Below, piece by piece: positions 25,325 through 38,102 of a DNA stretch of 64,000 nt. Every line of letters begins with the position of its first letter. Position 1 is the first letter of the stretch. The stretch is from assembly GCA_030704615.1 (NCBI GenBank), contig CM060731.1, positions 1,612,001-1,676,000 on the forward strand, read 5' to 3'. The translations under genes were made by a program, and so were the position numbers. Source of the DNA: Takakia lepidozioides. Lineage: Eukaryota > Plantae > Bryophyta. The notes beneath the pieces are model-generated. The model was not told the DNA's origin and ran no database searches. It was given only the letters and a program-made list of their open reading frames with translations.

Positions 25325-28300
25325 ATGGCGGAAAACCCGAGCGCTACAGTGTACTGCCCTCCTCACGAGCATAGAGCTTCATTTCCGTGCAGAGGGGACA
25401 CCTGCCGGGTGATGGAGAAATATCTGTGCGTTCGATACCACCTGAAACGGGGTCGGTTTTTTTGGAGGAGGAAAGGAAGGACTCTAACGGCCTTGTTGTT
25501 GAGAGTATTGTTGTGCTCCACGATGATTTCGGCGATGGCAGGGAATGGCGAGTTCCCCCATCGGACAGCGTCATATACAGGGCTGTTGGGGACTTCATTT
25601 GCCCGCCAAATGCACCTTCTATCCTGGCGCCTTCCACGAAACAATCCACAAATCAGAGAGTGGCTACCTCAAAGATAGAAGTCCGCAACGAAGTAAATCC
25701 AGAGCCGAACCCATCCATGAAGACGAGCGAGAACCGGGTTGTTCACAACCTGTCCGACTCAGACGAGGTCATGGAAGTTCCGAGGTCGTCCTAGAGATCA
25801 GGCAAGTCCTCAATGGACGTCAGTGGAGGAGGGAGTCATATTCCCAGCACGAGCACCGCAGTTCGATCTATTCTTGAAATTCTGCGAGGGCTTCACCTGG
25901 AAGGACACCGGTCGGAGCTGGCCGGGCTGGACTACAGCAAGTTTGCAATTAAATCGGTTACATGCCTTCCCGCCGACGTCGACGGTAATATCTTCTTTGA
26001 GTTCCCTCCTCGGGCGGACTACTCGAGGGCGTCCGGAATGTTGACAGATATGGATAGAAACATGACGGTCATCCTTGGTGCGTTACCAAAACCACCAGCA
26101 TGAAGATGCTCGATGGTGTGCGGGTGCGCTACGTTGTTTGTGCGGGCGCGTTGCGGTGTTTCTCCCCAACCTGCTCCACTTTAAATCCAGAGGTCACAGG
26201 AACGAGACCGATTGGACAGGCACAGCTCACCAACCATTTCGAGCTCAGGAGAAGGTTCCAAACTCCACATTTAAGTGTACGCATTGCAAAGAACCACCAC
26301 ACTGCATGTCTGTTTGTAATGCCAAGCAGTTCTATGTGTTGCACCGTTTCCCTGACCTCACCCGAGCTTGCATACACGTTGGTTCCCATTGTCACAAATT
26401 GGCGAGGGGGGACTCGCGGGAGGCTGCCCACGAAGCAGAGCAACTCGTTCAGGAGGAGATTAAGTTGAGACGGGTGCCAAACCCAAACAGATACAGCTCC
26501 AAGCCGCCCATAAGATGGCATTGGCCAGAATTATGTCGGAAGACGGCTCCGATAGAGTTCCTCTCGACGAGAAGGAAATGGAGGCATTGCTGGAGTCGGT
26601 GTCCCATGTATGTTCACCGAATGTCCGAAACCACATTGTTCTCATGCAAACAGAAAATTGGGCGTGGCTCGGATATGCACTCCATTTTGGAGGTGAAGCG
26701 ACGATGTGGATATGACTACATTCATGGAAGTAGGTTTCCAGGACAAGGGACTGAGGCAGATCGTTGTTTCGTATTCAAAATATCCACGTGTGGACCTGGC
26801 AGCGGCGTCGAACTGGTCAACAGGATGACGAGTGGGAACTTGTCAAACAGTTGGGTCATGTTCGACCATATCAAGCGAATTACAAATCACCAGTGGGTGA
26901 CAATGGGTGCACATGTCTACGACACCCCACTGCAGGATGCTAATGACAATTGCTATTTGTGAGATGAAAGGAGAGGACACACAATCGGAGATGCTTCTTT
27001 GGCAGGGAATAAACGAACAGATGGCCAAGGCGGGATCGCCCCCTCCCAATTTCCGTGGTTTCATGGCGGACAACGCACAAGCAAATTGGGCTGCCATCCG
27101 AAGGGTGTACGGGCAAGACCCCAATGTTCCCATGGAAGGCAAGGAGAGATCTTGTGGGGTTCCATTTTCTGCAGAGCCTTTCCAGTACACAACCAGGCTC
27201 GTGGCGCCAGATTTCAGGAGGAGAACCGTTCCATGTGCCTTGCGTGGAAGCGCGCTCCCCTTGGATGATGCAGAGACACAGTTTGCATGCATACGGGCTT
27301 GGTGGACATCGTCAGGTGCTGTAAGGAAATCAGACGAGGGAGCAATGGTCAGTTGGCTAGCATGGTGGCATTATTGTTCCTCCAGTTCGGCGACTATATG
27401 CGGGAGGTGAGTTGCACGAATTCGCGTCCCGTTGAATATTATTCTTGGCCATATTTGTAACTTGCTTGTAACCTGAACATGTGCTTGTGCAGGAAATGTG
27501 TCTCGACTCCGACACCGACATGCCCACGACAAACATGGCCGAATCAGTGCACTCTTCCTGGCGTGCTCCTCTGCGGCGCATCTGGTGGACATCCTCACTG
27601 CCACAACGGAGGACATTGTGAGGTCAATTATGCAGCAATGCAGGTACAACGAGTTCTTGAAAGGGAAACAGTGGGGCTTGGGGCCGGACAGGCAGGAAAT
27701 GCTGATGCGGACTGCCTCTAGATCGAAGAATCATCGGAAGTGGGCGGCGCCTTGCGAGAGGGCCTTCGGGACACGCCATTGCTGCGAAGAGGCCAACATT
27801 TGGAAGGAGATGTTCATACCCGTCCAGTGAGACGAAGACTTGACGAGGCACCTGGCGGAGAAGAGGATTCATGGCGAGCTGACAAGAATATTCGGCACGC
27901 TCCCTCGTGGTCCCGTGATGTTGCCCGAGGAGGTCTCGTCGGCCACCGCAAGTCCTGCACGTCAAGATCGTCCATCTCCTTTGAGCACGGGCGCGTGCCC
28001 CGGCAACATACGAGCCATCTTAGTAAAAGCAGTACAACATTCCCATTGTGGAGACAAGAGTGTCGGAGTCACAGTGGAGAATTGCGAGGACATTGCCGGC
28101 CTTTCGAGGGAAGTGCTGCCGCATCCGGTGGATACTAGAGCACGCTGTGGTGAGATGATTCGGAGAACACACGGTGCCTGTACCTGCAACCTTGTTTCAG
28201 CGGCAGATTTTTGACTCCCACATTTGCTCACGCCACAACGCAGACATTTTGGTTCTGTAGGCACGACATAATGACCTGTGTATTTGGCAAGCCAAGTACG

Positions 28301-28905
28301 GGATTCAGGGAATGCCGGAGCCTCCGGGCTCTGGCCTGTTGCACCGGGTTGCAGCCTCTCTCAGAATGAGGCGGATGCTCTATCTGCAGCAGGATTTCGA
28401 ATGGTGCAACGCACAGACATCCCGCCCACGCATTTCCGGTTCCTCAGACCCAGCCATTGCAGACTGCTCGGTCCAGTTAGAGACGGATTGGACAATTCTG
28501 CACATCCCATCAATGCGATTCGGAAGAGTGAAGAGACGACACCCTCCCAACAAGTTGAATGAGACTCGGATTGCCAATGCTCTTGGGATGGCTTGCACTA
28601 TTCAGAGCTCCGTGGACGTACCCCCACCCGGCCTTGGGCGTGTGTATCGGATGGCAACGGCCGGCTCGGCTGTACGCGACGATGTATACACAATTACGAT
28701 TGGAGTGGAGCCGACTTGCAATTGTACGGACTTCTCGTTGATGGAAGCAAAGAAGGGTTCGAAGTATTATCCGTGCAAGCATCTGTATTACATCTACCTG
28801 AAGAGGTTGAGGATGAACGTGACTATTGATGACTTTATTCATGCACCGGCGTTGAGCGTGAACGAGCTGCACAAACTCCTCCTTAGGGATTCCAGAAATC
28901 ATTGA
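25325..28905 (+). pseudogene. MULE transposase: GCM/WRKY-like Zn domain, DDE core, SWIM zinc finger (frameshifted)
   Basis: N-terminal CAGALRC..PTC...CTHC...C...RACIHVGSHCH. Core WVMFDH, FMADNAQANWAAIRRVYG..ERSC.FH and TNMAESVHSSW. SWIM PTCNCTDF...YPCKHLYY in 28312..28905. Confidence 0.85.
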
Positions 28906-29059
28906 TGGGGCAAACGGAATCATCCATATGGATATTTTCAAATGCATTTTGTTGTATCAGACTTTTTTTTGCAGTGTAATGAAATGCACCCCAAAACTCC
29001 TGGAATGAGGCAATATTCCATTCAAACTGAGATCCAACAGAAGCAGTTGTGGGGCCATT

Positions 29060-29360
29060 TCTGGAAAAATGGCGCCGAATTTCTCTTTTTGGGGCCGAAA
29101 ACTGGCTAAGTCCCAACATGCACTGTACCTGTTTCTGGGAAATGGCGCCGATTTCTCTTTTTGGGGCCGAAAACTGGCTAAGTCCCAACATGCACTGGTA
29201 CCGTGTCTGGAAAAATGGCGCCGAATTTCTCTTTTTGGGCCGAAAACTGGCTAAGTCCCAACATGCACTGGTACAGTGTCTGGAAAAATGGCGCCGAATT
29301 TTCCTATTTTGCGCCGAAAACTGGCTAAGTTCGAACATGCACTGGAAAATGGCGCCGAAT
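29060..29360. repeat. About 4 copies of a ~73-bp subterminal repeat related to the 95-bp repeat
   Basis: CTGGAAAAATGGCGCCGAATTTC...GGCCGAAAACTGGCTAAGTCCCAACATGCACTG at ~29061, 29135, 29207 and 29280. Confidence 0.8.
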
Positions 29361-29735
29361 TACCTGTCATGAGGGGACCTATAGCCGCGGAATTCGGCAC
29401 CATTTTTCGCCAGAGAGACCTATTACCGTGAAATACGTCGCATTTTTTTCAGGTTACGGACCCTATTACCGCGAAATTCGGCGCCATATTTGCACATGTC
29501 GCTGGGAATTGGCATGAGCGGAAGACGAAATATCATGAGCACAACTGTCAAAACTGCAATTTTCCCTTCAAGGGGCCGAATAATATATTTGTTTTTCCTG
29601 ACACATTGCATTAAATTATTGTTTTTTTATTGTTTTTTATTTTCGAAATTTGTACTTCTGCTCATGAAAACTGATTGTGTTTACTACTCTGCTCATGCCG
29701 CTCATGCCGCTCATGCTCATGAAATAGCAAACCTC

Positions 29736-30890
29736 CCATGCGAGACCCAATCGCAGATTTCTGGGGTCGGTTGCAAACTCAGGCCATTTTTTGTCAATGT
29801 GGGCCCAAGCCTTGCTGTCTGCTGGGTGCCTAACCAAGCCATCCATACTTTGATTCTTAAAGTGCCATGACATTAACTCTGAGATGGATTTGGCTTTATA
29901 CATTCGAAGCAGCCTTGGAATCATAGGGAAATGTCGAAGGACCTTACGAGGTACTGGTGTCTTCGTACCCACCACATAACGACGTGCCTGACATTTTTGG
30001 ACAAACCTCCAAATTCTGAACTCCCTTCTGACAACACACAGCCTTTCGGACATGCATGTATACTCTCGTAATGAAGCCCGAGTTCCATTATGAGTTGTTT
30101 TTTGCCTCATAGTGGGACTTTGGCAGGCAATGTCTGCTGGCAACAGTTGTCTTCCTAACAATGTAAGAGTTCATCGACAAAGGTGTTTTTGACACACCAT
30201 GGGTTTGACAAGCATTTAATAACATCAGTAAGGTAGCAGACAATCGAGAGAACTCCCTACCATAAAGCCCTGGATGCTCGTGCTCCAAAACGTAAGGCAC
30301 TCGCTGCACCACGATCACCCTCGCTCTTTCAGTCCACCATCAGTCTGCTCTGGCACTCCATCTGTGTCCCATTGGCCCTGTGTTCCATCTCCCGGTTCCT
30401 CATGTGCATCACCAGTTTGCAACCCCATTATCTATAGTTGCGAATGTCTCCCGGAGCATTCTAAGCATGTCAAGATTACGATCCAAGGTATTAGGACCAC
30501 CTGCAGGGCTGGTTTCCGTTCTAACCCCTCATGTTCTCTCCGAGTTTTCCTGCTTAATACATATCAGAACGCCACATGTCAATCCACTATAAGATGTGAG
30601 TTGTTTTCATATGGCAAACAGAACGTTCAAGATTTGGCCAACCTCCCTAAGCCCTGGGTACTCGGCTTTGGTACAAGCAAAACCACTTGAGTTTTAAGGA
30701 ACCTCCCTTCTTTGAACAAATTCCCTATCTCGCAATCTTGCCCTGTGCTCATCCACCTCCACATGTCCTGATGGCAATCAAACAGTTGCCTGCAGGTACT
30801 GGGAGTAATTTCTATATCTACACTAACTCCCTCCCTGATAACTCCTGTCCGAGGCTCAAAGTTTGGAGAAATTGATTGTATCCATGAACT
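29736..30890 (-). pseudogene. CACTA TnpD-like transposase, N-terminal part
   Basis: VPRKVLRHFPMIPRLLRMY...MSWH...VRHPADSKAWAHIDKKWPEFATDPRNLRLGLA in 29637..30161, and LYG...FSRLSATLLMLLN upstream. The start is approximate. Confidence 0.85.
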
Positions 30891-31811
30891 GCCGATGATG
30901 CAAGGACCAGTCTTTGCGTAGCAATCCCTCCAATCGTTGCTCCTTCAGTAGCTGCACGCCTGTGGGGCAGCGATCATTTGCTTCTGTAAGATTGTGGTGC
31001 TTTTCACCCTGATATCTTCCATTCCTCTCACTCTCTCATTCTGACAAACAGACAGGTTTTTGGTTGCAACAACTGAAGAAACGCTGCAGGGCACAAAGCA
31101 TAAAAGTATGGTTGGCGCAGCATGAAATGTGTAAGTGCTTGTAAGCCTGTGGGGCTTGCAAGTAACGATTTAAGAGAATGTACTCTCCGTTCGTCTGTCC
31201 CTTGGCCACTACGTAAGTAGTAAGGCGAGCGTGTAGTCTGTTATTTCCTTTCGCCATAGCTTCAAGAGTTATAGCTTTGATGGGTCTCTCCTGACGAGAC
31301 GCCCGTTACTTGGAAACGACGCCGACTCTTGCGCTCTGAATCCCTCCAATTTCTTGATTTCGCTTATTGGAAAATACCTTATGCAGGTAATTCTGGCTCA
31401 TGATTGGCTGTTTGCTGTGTGATTTGTTTTGTAATTTAATTTCCTTCCATGGATTTTCCACTCTGGACTGTCCACTAGATAGCACATGTGACATGGATTT
31501 CGCTTTTCGGTACTTTTAAAGGGTTCCTTACCCTTTCCCTGTATGCATTAATGGGCCATAAGAAAAGTTAATGTGCCGGTAGGTACTTTGACGGCCAATT
31601 TTTGTCTCTTCCTTGATGATAGTCGCTCTTGCAATCCAATGTCCGTCTGTTTTCTCGCCCTGGCATCCACGTGTCCATTTCTAAACGTGCCTCCGTCCAC
31701 TTTTCCGCCGGCCACTCTCCGGATGTAAACCCACGTCCACCTGTCACTGATCCTATGGATTGTGTAACCCTAGTAGGCTGTGTTGAGCTGTGACAGGCTG
31801 TGTCATATTGT

Positions 31812-32553
31812 CACAACTTCACTCAGATCTCTCTCACAGTGTGATTGTATCGTATAAGTATCAGATTATGATTTTCAGGTATCAGGCCGAAGCCATTGTG
31901 TCTCTAATCTGCTCTACAATATCACTACAACTTTGCATATAACAAGCATCTACTAATCATCTTTCCTCCTTCACACGTGCTCTCCATCTTTACTCTCCGT
32001 CCGATCCCCTCTCCTCCATGACGTCCTCCCCCTGAAGTGCTTCCAAGAATATATATCTGTCCCCTTCTCAGTCCTTGCTTCTCCCTTTATCTTCCTACCC
32101 GTGGCTCTAACCGTTTCCCTCACTAACCGTTGTCCGTGAACTAACATGTTCCATTTGCAGGTGTTGTTCCCCACAGTCGTTCCCTGTCCTGTCTCGTGCC
32201 CTCTGGTCGTGACAGCTGTGTCAAGCTGTGACTGGCTGTGTGAAACTGTGACGGGCTGTGATTGGCTGTGCGACTGTGTTGGCTGGTCGGGCTATGACTG
32301 GCTGTGTGGCTGTGTCGGCTGTGACTGGCTGTGTGGCTGTGTCAACTGTGACGGGCTGTGTTGGCTGTGATGGCTGTGTCGGCTGTGACTGGCTGTGTGG
32401 CTGTGTCGGCTGTGACGACTGTGACGGACTGTGTAACCCCCTCTACAGTGCGCTGTGTCACCCCTAAGGCTCCTGTTGGTCTCAGTCTGTGCAAACATTA
32501 AGGGTCCCTACAGATCCCGTATAAGTGTCTAAGTCCCAGACAGTCCTCTAACA
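31812..32553 (-). mobile_element. Partial LTR, same family as 41625-42591, with CTGTGA/CTGTGT minisatellite
   Basis: Reverse complement of about 41625-42345. Ends CAGTCCTCTAACA, the TGTTAGAGG terminus. Confidence 0.8.
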
Positions 32554-32739
32554 GTGAGTTCTTCCTTCCTAATATTCAGGTATTTATCATAGGGTCGCTG
32601 GTATGAGGCATGCGATTCAATTGACTGTACCATCTGACCTTGAACTCATCATGTTGAGAGCTCAAGCTGGTACTCCAAACTCGCCCTGAGCAGCCACGTC
32701 AGTTGTTCTAATAGCTTCTGGGGTCAGAAAGATATGGAG

Positions 32740-33060
32740 GATGGTTTCACAACCTGCATGCGAACACCAAAGCTTGTGTTGTGGTCAATAGCGAGAAGTC
32801 TAATTTCTTTGACACTAACCAAGGTGTAGCTCAAGGTTGTACCCTCTCCCCGCTGCTCTTCAATGTTTTCGTTTATCAGCCCCTTAAAAATTAGGAAGCA
32901 AGAGATTTGGGTTACAGGTGGGTGATGCCGCCATACCAGCACTTATGAAGAGATCAAGCCTTATCAGGCCTTGGAGTACACATCTGCCGTGTGGGTTGCC
33001 CAACTCCAATCATGCTAAACTTTAGAATCCATTCAGCTTTTGTGCTCAAAGAAGCATGTC
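32740..33060 (+). pseudogene. Short non-LTR (LINE) reverse transcriptase remnant
   Basis: QGVAQGCTLSPLLFNVF at ~32820-32870, and ALEYTSAVW downstream. Confidence 0.6.
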
Positions 33061-33304
33061 AGCGCGTGCACCATAAGATGTCAAGAAGGAAACCTTTGTA
33101 GAAGGAAGGTGTCGTTCTAGGACAAAGGTTTCCTTAGAGGTTTCTTTCTTTTTTCCTTCCTTGAATAGGCCAGCTCAGGGACAAGGTTGACACAGCCCCC
33201 AGGAAGCCTGCCTCACCTTCATGGAAAACACTTCCAGACTCCAAATCAACCTCAAGATGGGTGCTTATTATCCTACAGAACAACTTGCAAACTGTGGTAA
33301 GAAG

Positions 33305-36300
33305 TGTAATGTGTCGCGCACCTCAATTCGGTAAGCCCCCCTTCAAGTCATAGTTACTCACATTGATGCGCGCGCCTGACTCCCAACCTGGCCGCCCGGG
33401 CCAACTTGGAGCTTCGGCTGCTCACCGGGACATAACGGTCCCCCTTCGCTTCCCCCTCTAACCCTCCACCTATTTGGGACTAGGAGAATTCCCTTTGGTA
33501 GATGGCAGTCCGGAACAGCTCCCCACTCTTTGGTCGCTTTCCGGCTCGCTCGCTTACTCATTAGTTTTTTGTCACCAACGGGCTTGCACCGTTCTCGGGG
33601 TTACTACTCCCTATATATACTTCTGTAGCTGTCCGCGGGGGTTTCATAACCAGCCATGCCATTTTATGGCGAACCACCACGAAAACCCTCGACTCCCCGT
33701 GATGAGTCGCGGTGAGTCTTGGCCCACTCACCACGGCCCCTATGGACCGTGCTGAGTCCCCCACGACTCCCACCACGAGGTCTCCGCCCCCATGGTGAGT
33801 CCTATGCCACCCCCTAAGTCCCGCTAAGCTACCACCACCCCTTGTGGAGCCACCCCCACCGCAACCCGGTGTGCGGGGCTCCACCTAGTAAGCGCCTCCG
33901 CCTCCTTCAGTGCCTTGGGCACTCAAGGGTGCTTCAGCCCCCCATACCTATCGCTGCCGCTGCCCCCCCCACAGGGGCAGCCCCTCATGTGTCTCCCGAC
34001 CCCCTGCCCTCAAGGCAAAGGGCCGCGACACACACCCCTACCAACAGGGAGTCGATGTCCTCATCGACTTGTCGTTTTGTAGAAACGAACATCCAAGTTG
34101 TGGCGTCCCACATCAAGGAGTTTGTTTCCGTACCATGGCGTCCCATGGCAAAGAACCAACCCCACACTTGACTCTACTCTCCACTAGCTAGTTCAGCCAA
34201 CTTCCTCCAAGTCCCGGCCAAGGGTGGAGCCTCTCAAGCTCCTCCCAGTGCACTCTTCTTGGCCTACTTCAAAGGCCAAGGAACGATCCTCCTTGAGATC
34301 GAATCGCCTTACTGCAACAACATTGCTTGCGACTGCTCATGATGCCGCTTTTGGCATCACCTTGAGCAAGGGTTCACCTGGAACCCTCTTTGACTAGGAA
34401 GATAACCTTGAACCAACGTGCGCCCCAATCACTACAATTGGGTCCGCCTTGGAATGCTGGCCTGAGGTACGGGACACGCCGAAGCCGCACTACGACTTCG
34501 TCCCGAGGCTACACGATCAGTACGTGAAAGGAAGCACGTAGCTTCCGCGTTAGCCCGCACTACAAGGCAACCCCCTCGGTAGCGCAGTTATAGTACGCGC
34601 ACGCGCCAGGTGCGCACTAGCACGTGAACTCCCAAGAAGTCTCAAGTTTCCTTGCCCCTTGGATGGGGTCACCCGATTTCGGCACTACGCAAACACACGA
34701 TTAACCCAATTTACCTCTCCCACTTTTATAAGCTAGCATGCATTCTACACACTAGCCAACCATACCATGCATCACCATTCCAAACAAAATAGGACGCACA
34801 ACATTTGGAACCCATTTCCTTTATAACAAATGTTTGTACAATACAAGTTTTTGTAATCGGATTCCTAAGCTAGCTACGCCGGGCTAAGCATGCATTTCCT
34901 CCCCCACGCTCCAAGGTTGATGTCCCCATCAACGTTTCTTCCGCTTTTGAGGTCGCCCTTCGAAAGCTGCAACCGCCTCGGATGCGTTTCCCATTTCTGA
35001 GGCACGCACCCAAGATGCCTCCACATGATGATAGCCCTTCCATTTGACGAGATACTCCGTTTCTCGGTTCTTGAACCTCCTTGACTTAAGTATTGCCTCC
35101 ACCTCCTACTCAGGTTCATTTTCATGATCACCAGCATAGGTGGCGGACGCACAACTTGATGTCGATTCGGACGCGCTTCATCTTTGAAGTAAGGCTTCAA
35201 AGGGAGACATGGAATACTGGGTGCACCTTGCTGTTTGCCGGCAGCTCCAATTCATACACATCCTCATTCATAACCTTCCGAATGCGAAGGGTCCCGCATA
35301 CGGAGATACGAACTTCGGACTCACTTCCGGAGGTAGTCGGAAATTCTTGATGTTCAACCAGACCTCTGTGCCTGCCTCAAACTTCACTTCCCTCCGCTTC
35401 CGATTCGCCTGCCTTTCATACCGTTTCCTAGCTTTGGCAATGTTGTACTTTGTGAGCTTCAACAAACGCTCGCGTTCTTCCAGTACCGCGCTACTGCCGG
35501 TTCCTCAACGTCCTGGGCGGCCCAACTTGTCGGCACCAGAGGTGCTTTTCCATAGACCAATACGAAAGGGGAAACTCCCGTTGCGGAGTGTTCTGTGTTA
35601 TTATAGCAGAACTATGTTGCGTCTAAGTGTTCCATCCAGTCTGATTGGTCTGCCGACACGTAATTCCGCAAGAATTGCTTCACTACGGAATTCACTCTTT
35701 CCGTTTGGCCGTCCGTCGTAGGTCGGAAGGCGGTGCTCATCTTCAGCCTCGTCCCCATTTTCTTCCAAAGTGTCCTCCAAAATTTACTCGTAAACTTTGG
35801 ATCGCGATCCGAGACAATATCCTTCGGGATTCCATGATGCTTTAAGACGTGGGCGAAGTAAAGTCGCCCTGTCTCATGCGCCGTTGCCGTCTCCTTGGTG
35901 GGATGAAATGGCCCATTTTACAGAACTATCCACCACCACCATGATTGCATCGAATCCTTTTGACAGCGGCATAGCAGTCATGAAATCCATCGAGACGCTT
36001 TCCCAAGTCCCCTCTGGAATCGGCAAGGGTTGTAACAACCCCGCTTGTTTTTTGTACTCGCTCGCGGTTTTGTTGGCATGTGGTGCATGTCTGACATACT
36101 CCTCTGCCTCCTCCCTCAGTTTGGGCCAGAAATACTCTTTCTTCAAGAGTGCCGCAATGCGCTTGGCTCCGCCGTGGCCCGCAAGCGGGCTATCATGGCA
36201 TTCTCTCAGAGGCTATCTCTGATCCCTCCCTTTGGCACGTAGAGACGTTTTTGCTTATACCGGAGCAGTCCATTTTGCAAGTGGAACTGCGATTTAACCC

Positions 36301-38030
36301 CCATCCTCAAGTCCTGCATCACGGACTTCGCCAGCTCATCCTTCCGGTAAGCCTTCCGGATCTCCTTTGGAGCGCCGTCTCGCCCTTGTACACCACAAGA
36401 GCTGCTGCTTTCTACTTAAAGCATCGGCCACCACGTTGTCTCGTCCCGGTTTGTACTGGATATCCACGTCGAACACCGCCAAAGTATCTTGCCACCTAAG
36501 TTGTTCTGGGGACAACTTGGGCTGCGTGGCAAAATACTTCACCGTGACATTGTCCGTGAACACCTTCACTGGGTTGGAACCAACATAGTGGCGCCAAAGC
36601 TCAAGACAGTGCACCACCGCCTTCATCTCTTTTTTCGTGCGTCGGCCATCGTCGCTCCACTTCATTCAGTTTCTTACTTTTGTAAGCCACTGGACGTTCA
36701 TCTTGCATAAGTACACCCCCAATCGCGAAGTCCAACGCATCTGTATGAATCTCAAATGGACGATCGAACTCCGGGATTTTCAAGACTGGAGCTTCCGCCA
36801 TCCGCTGCTTCAATTCAGCAAAAGTTTGGCCACAAAATGTGTTCCATACCCAGACTTTGGATTTACACAGAAGGTCCGACAGCGGCCCCGCGATCTTGGC
36901 GAAATTTCTCACATACTTCCGGTAATAGGAGGCGAGTCCTAGGAAGGATCGCACTCCCGGGACCAAAGTCGGAGGCTCCCAGTCCAAGATCGCCCTCACC
37001 TTTCTGTCATCCATTTCAATCCCATCCTGTGTAATCACATGCCCCAAGAACTCCACTTTCGTGACCCCGAATTTGCATTTTGAAGCTTTGGCGTACAGCT
37101 TCCCTTCCGCAACTTTTGGAACACCCTTTTGAGGTGCTCCAGGTGTTCCTCCTTTGTTTTCGAGTACACCAAGATGTCGTCGATGTACACGATCACAAAG
37201 TCATCCAACCACTCCTGAAAAAGGCTGTTCATCAGCGTGCTAAAGGTCGCCGGTGCATTAGTGAGCCCAAAAGGCATCACCAAGAACTCATATGAACCAT
37301 ACCTTGTCCTGCACGCGGTCTTCTCATCATCTCCTTCCGCCACCCGAATTTGATGATAGCCGGAGCGCAAGTCGATCCGGCTGAAATACTTCGCTCCTGC
37401 CAACCGGTCGAAAAGGTCGTCGATCCTTGGCAAGGGTACCGTTTTTAATAGTCACCTTATTCAAAGCCCTGTAATCGACACACATCCGCAGCGTCCCATC
37501 CTCTTGTCTGCGAATAGCACCGGGCTCCGTAAGGTGACTTACTCGGCCGGATGTACCCCTTTGACATTAGATCCTTGAGCTGAGTCTTCAGCTCGACCAA
37601 CTCTCTGTGGCTCAACCGGTAGGGCGCCTTGGCAGGCGGTTCCGATCCCGGTATCACCTCAATCTTGTGGTCAACTCCTCTTCGCGGTGGCAAGCCGCTT
37701 GGTAAATCCTCCGGCATCACATCCTGGTATTTCTCCAAAATCCCCTTGATCCAATCTGGGCTCGGCTCCCCATCGCCTTCTCCTTTCACTTCTCTAATGT
37801 AAAGCAAAAACTGGGACTCGTGTGCCTCCTCCACGGCCCCTCCTTTGCTGACAGAAGGTTTATTTGCCCTCCCACGGATTTGGGCGTTTTCCGACACTCG
37901 TAAAACCTCGCCACCATTCCCACATGGCAGCGTGACTACTCTCTTGCGGCCCTCTATGACCGCTCCGGATTTGCTCAAAAAGGTCATCCCCAGACAAGTT
38001 CTTTCATGCTCGTTGGGTATAACCCGGTGA
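33305..38030 (-). mobile_element. 5'-truncated chromovirus (Ty3/gypsy with chromodomain): degenerate pol and probable ~1.6-kb 3' LTR
   Basis: [26 protein letters not shown] and YIDDIL. RNase H EIHTDA. Integrase WESVSMDF and GPF. Chromodomain EVEAILKSR...EYLVKWKGY..EASW at ~34970-35110. Purine tract GGGGGAGGAAA at ~34895-34905. The LTR limits (33305-34894) are inferred from TG..CA. Confidence 0.85.
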
Positions 38031-38102
38031 ACCCGACTGTTTCTGTGTTTTCAATATGCAAATCGTGCTGGCAATGGTTTGTCAGGATACCACTGTATCC
38101 CT

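Larger units (their letters stand above)
16612..29735. mobile_element. 13.1-kb Mutator-like (MULE) DNA transposon inserted into the CACTA transposase
   Basis: TIRs GGGGGCTGCTATTTCATGAGC (16612) and reverse complement GAGGTTTGCTATTTCATGAGC (29735), with CATGAGC subterminal repeats. Perfect 9-bp TSD CCATGCGAG at 16603-16611 and 29736-29744. Excision restores CACTA ...RLGLAWDGVNP. Confidence 0.92.
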
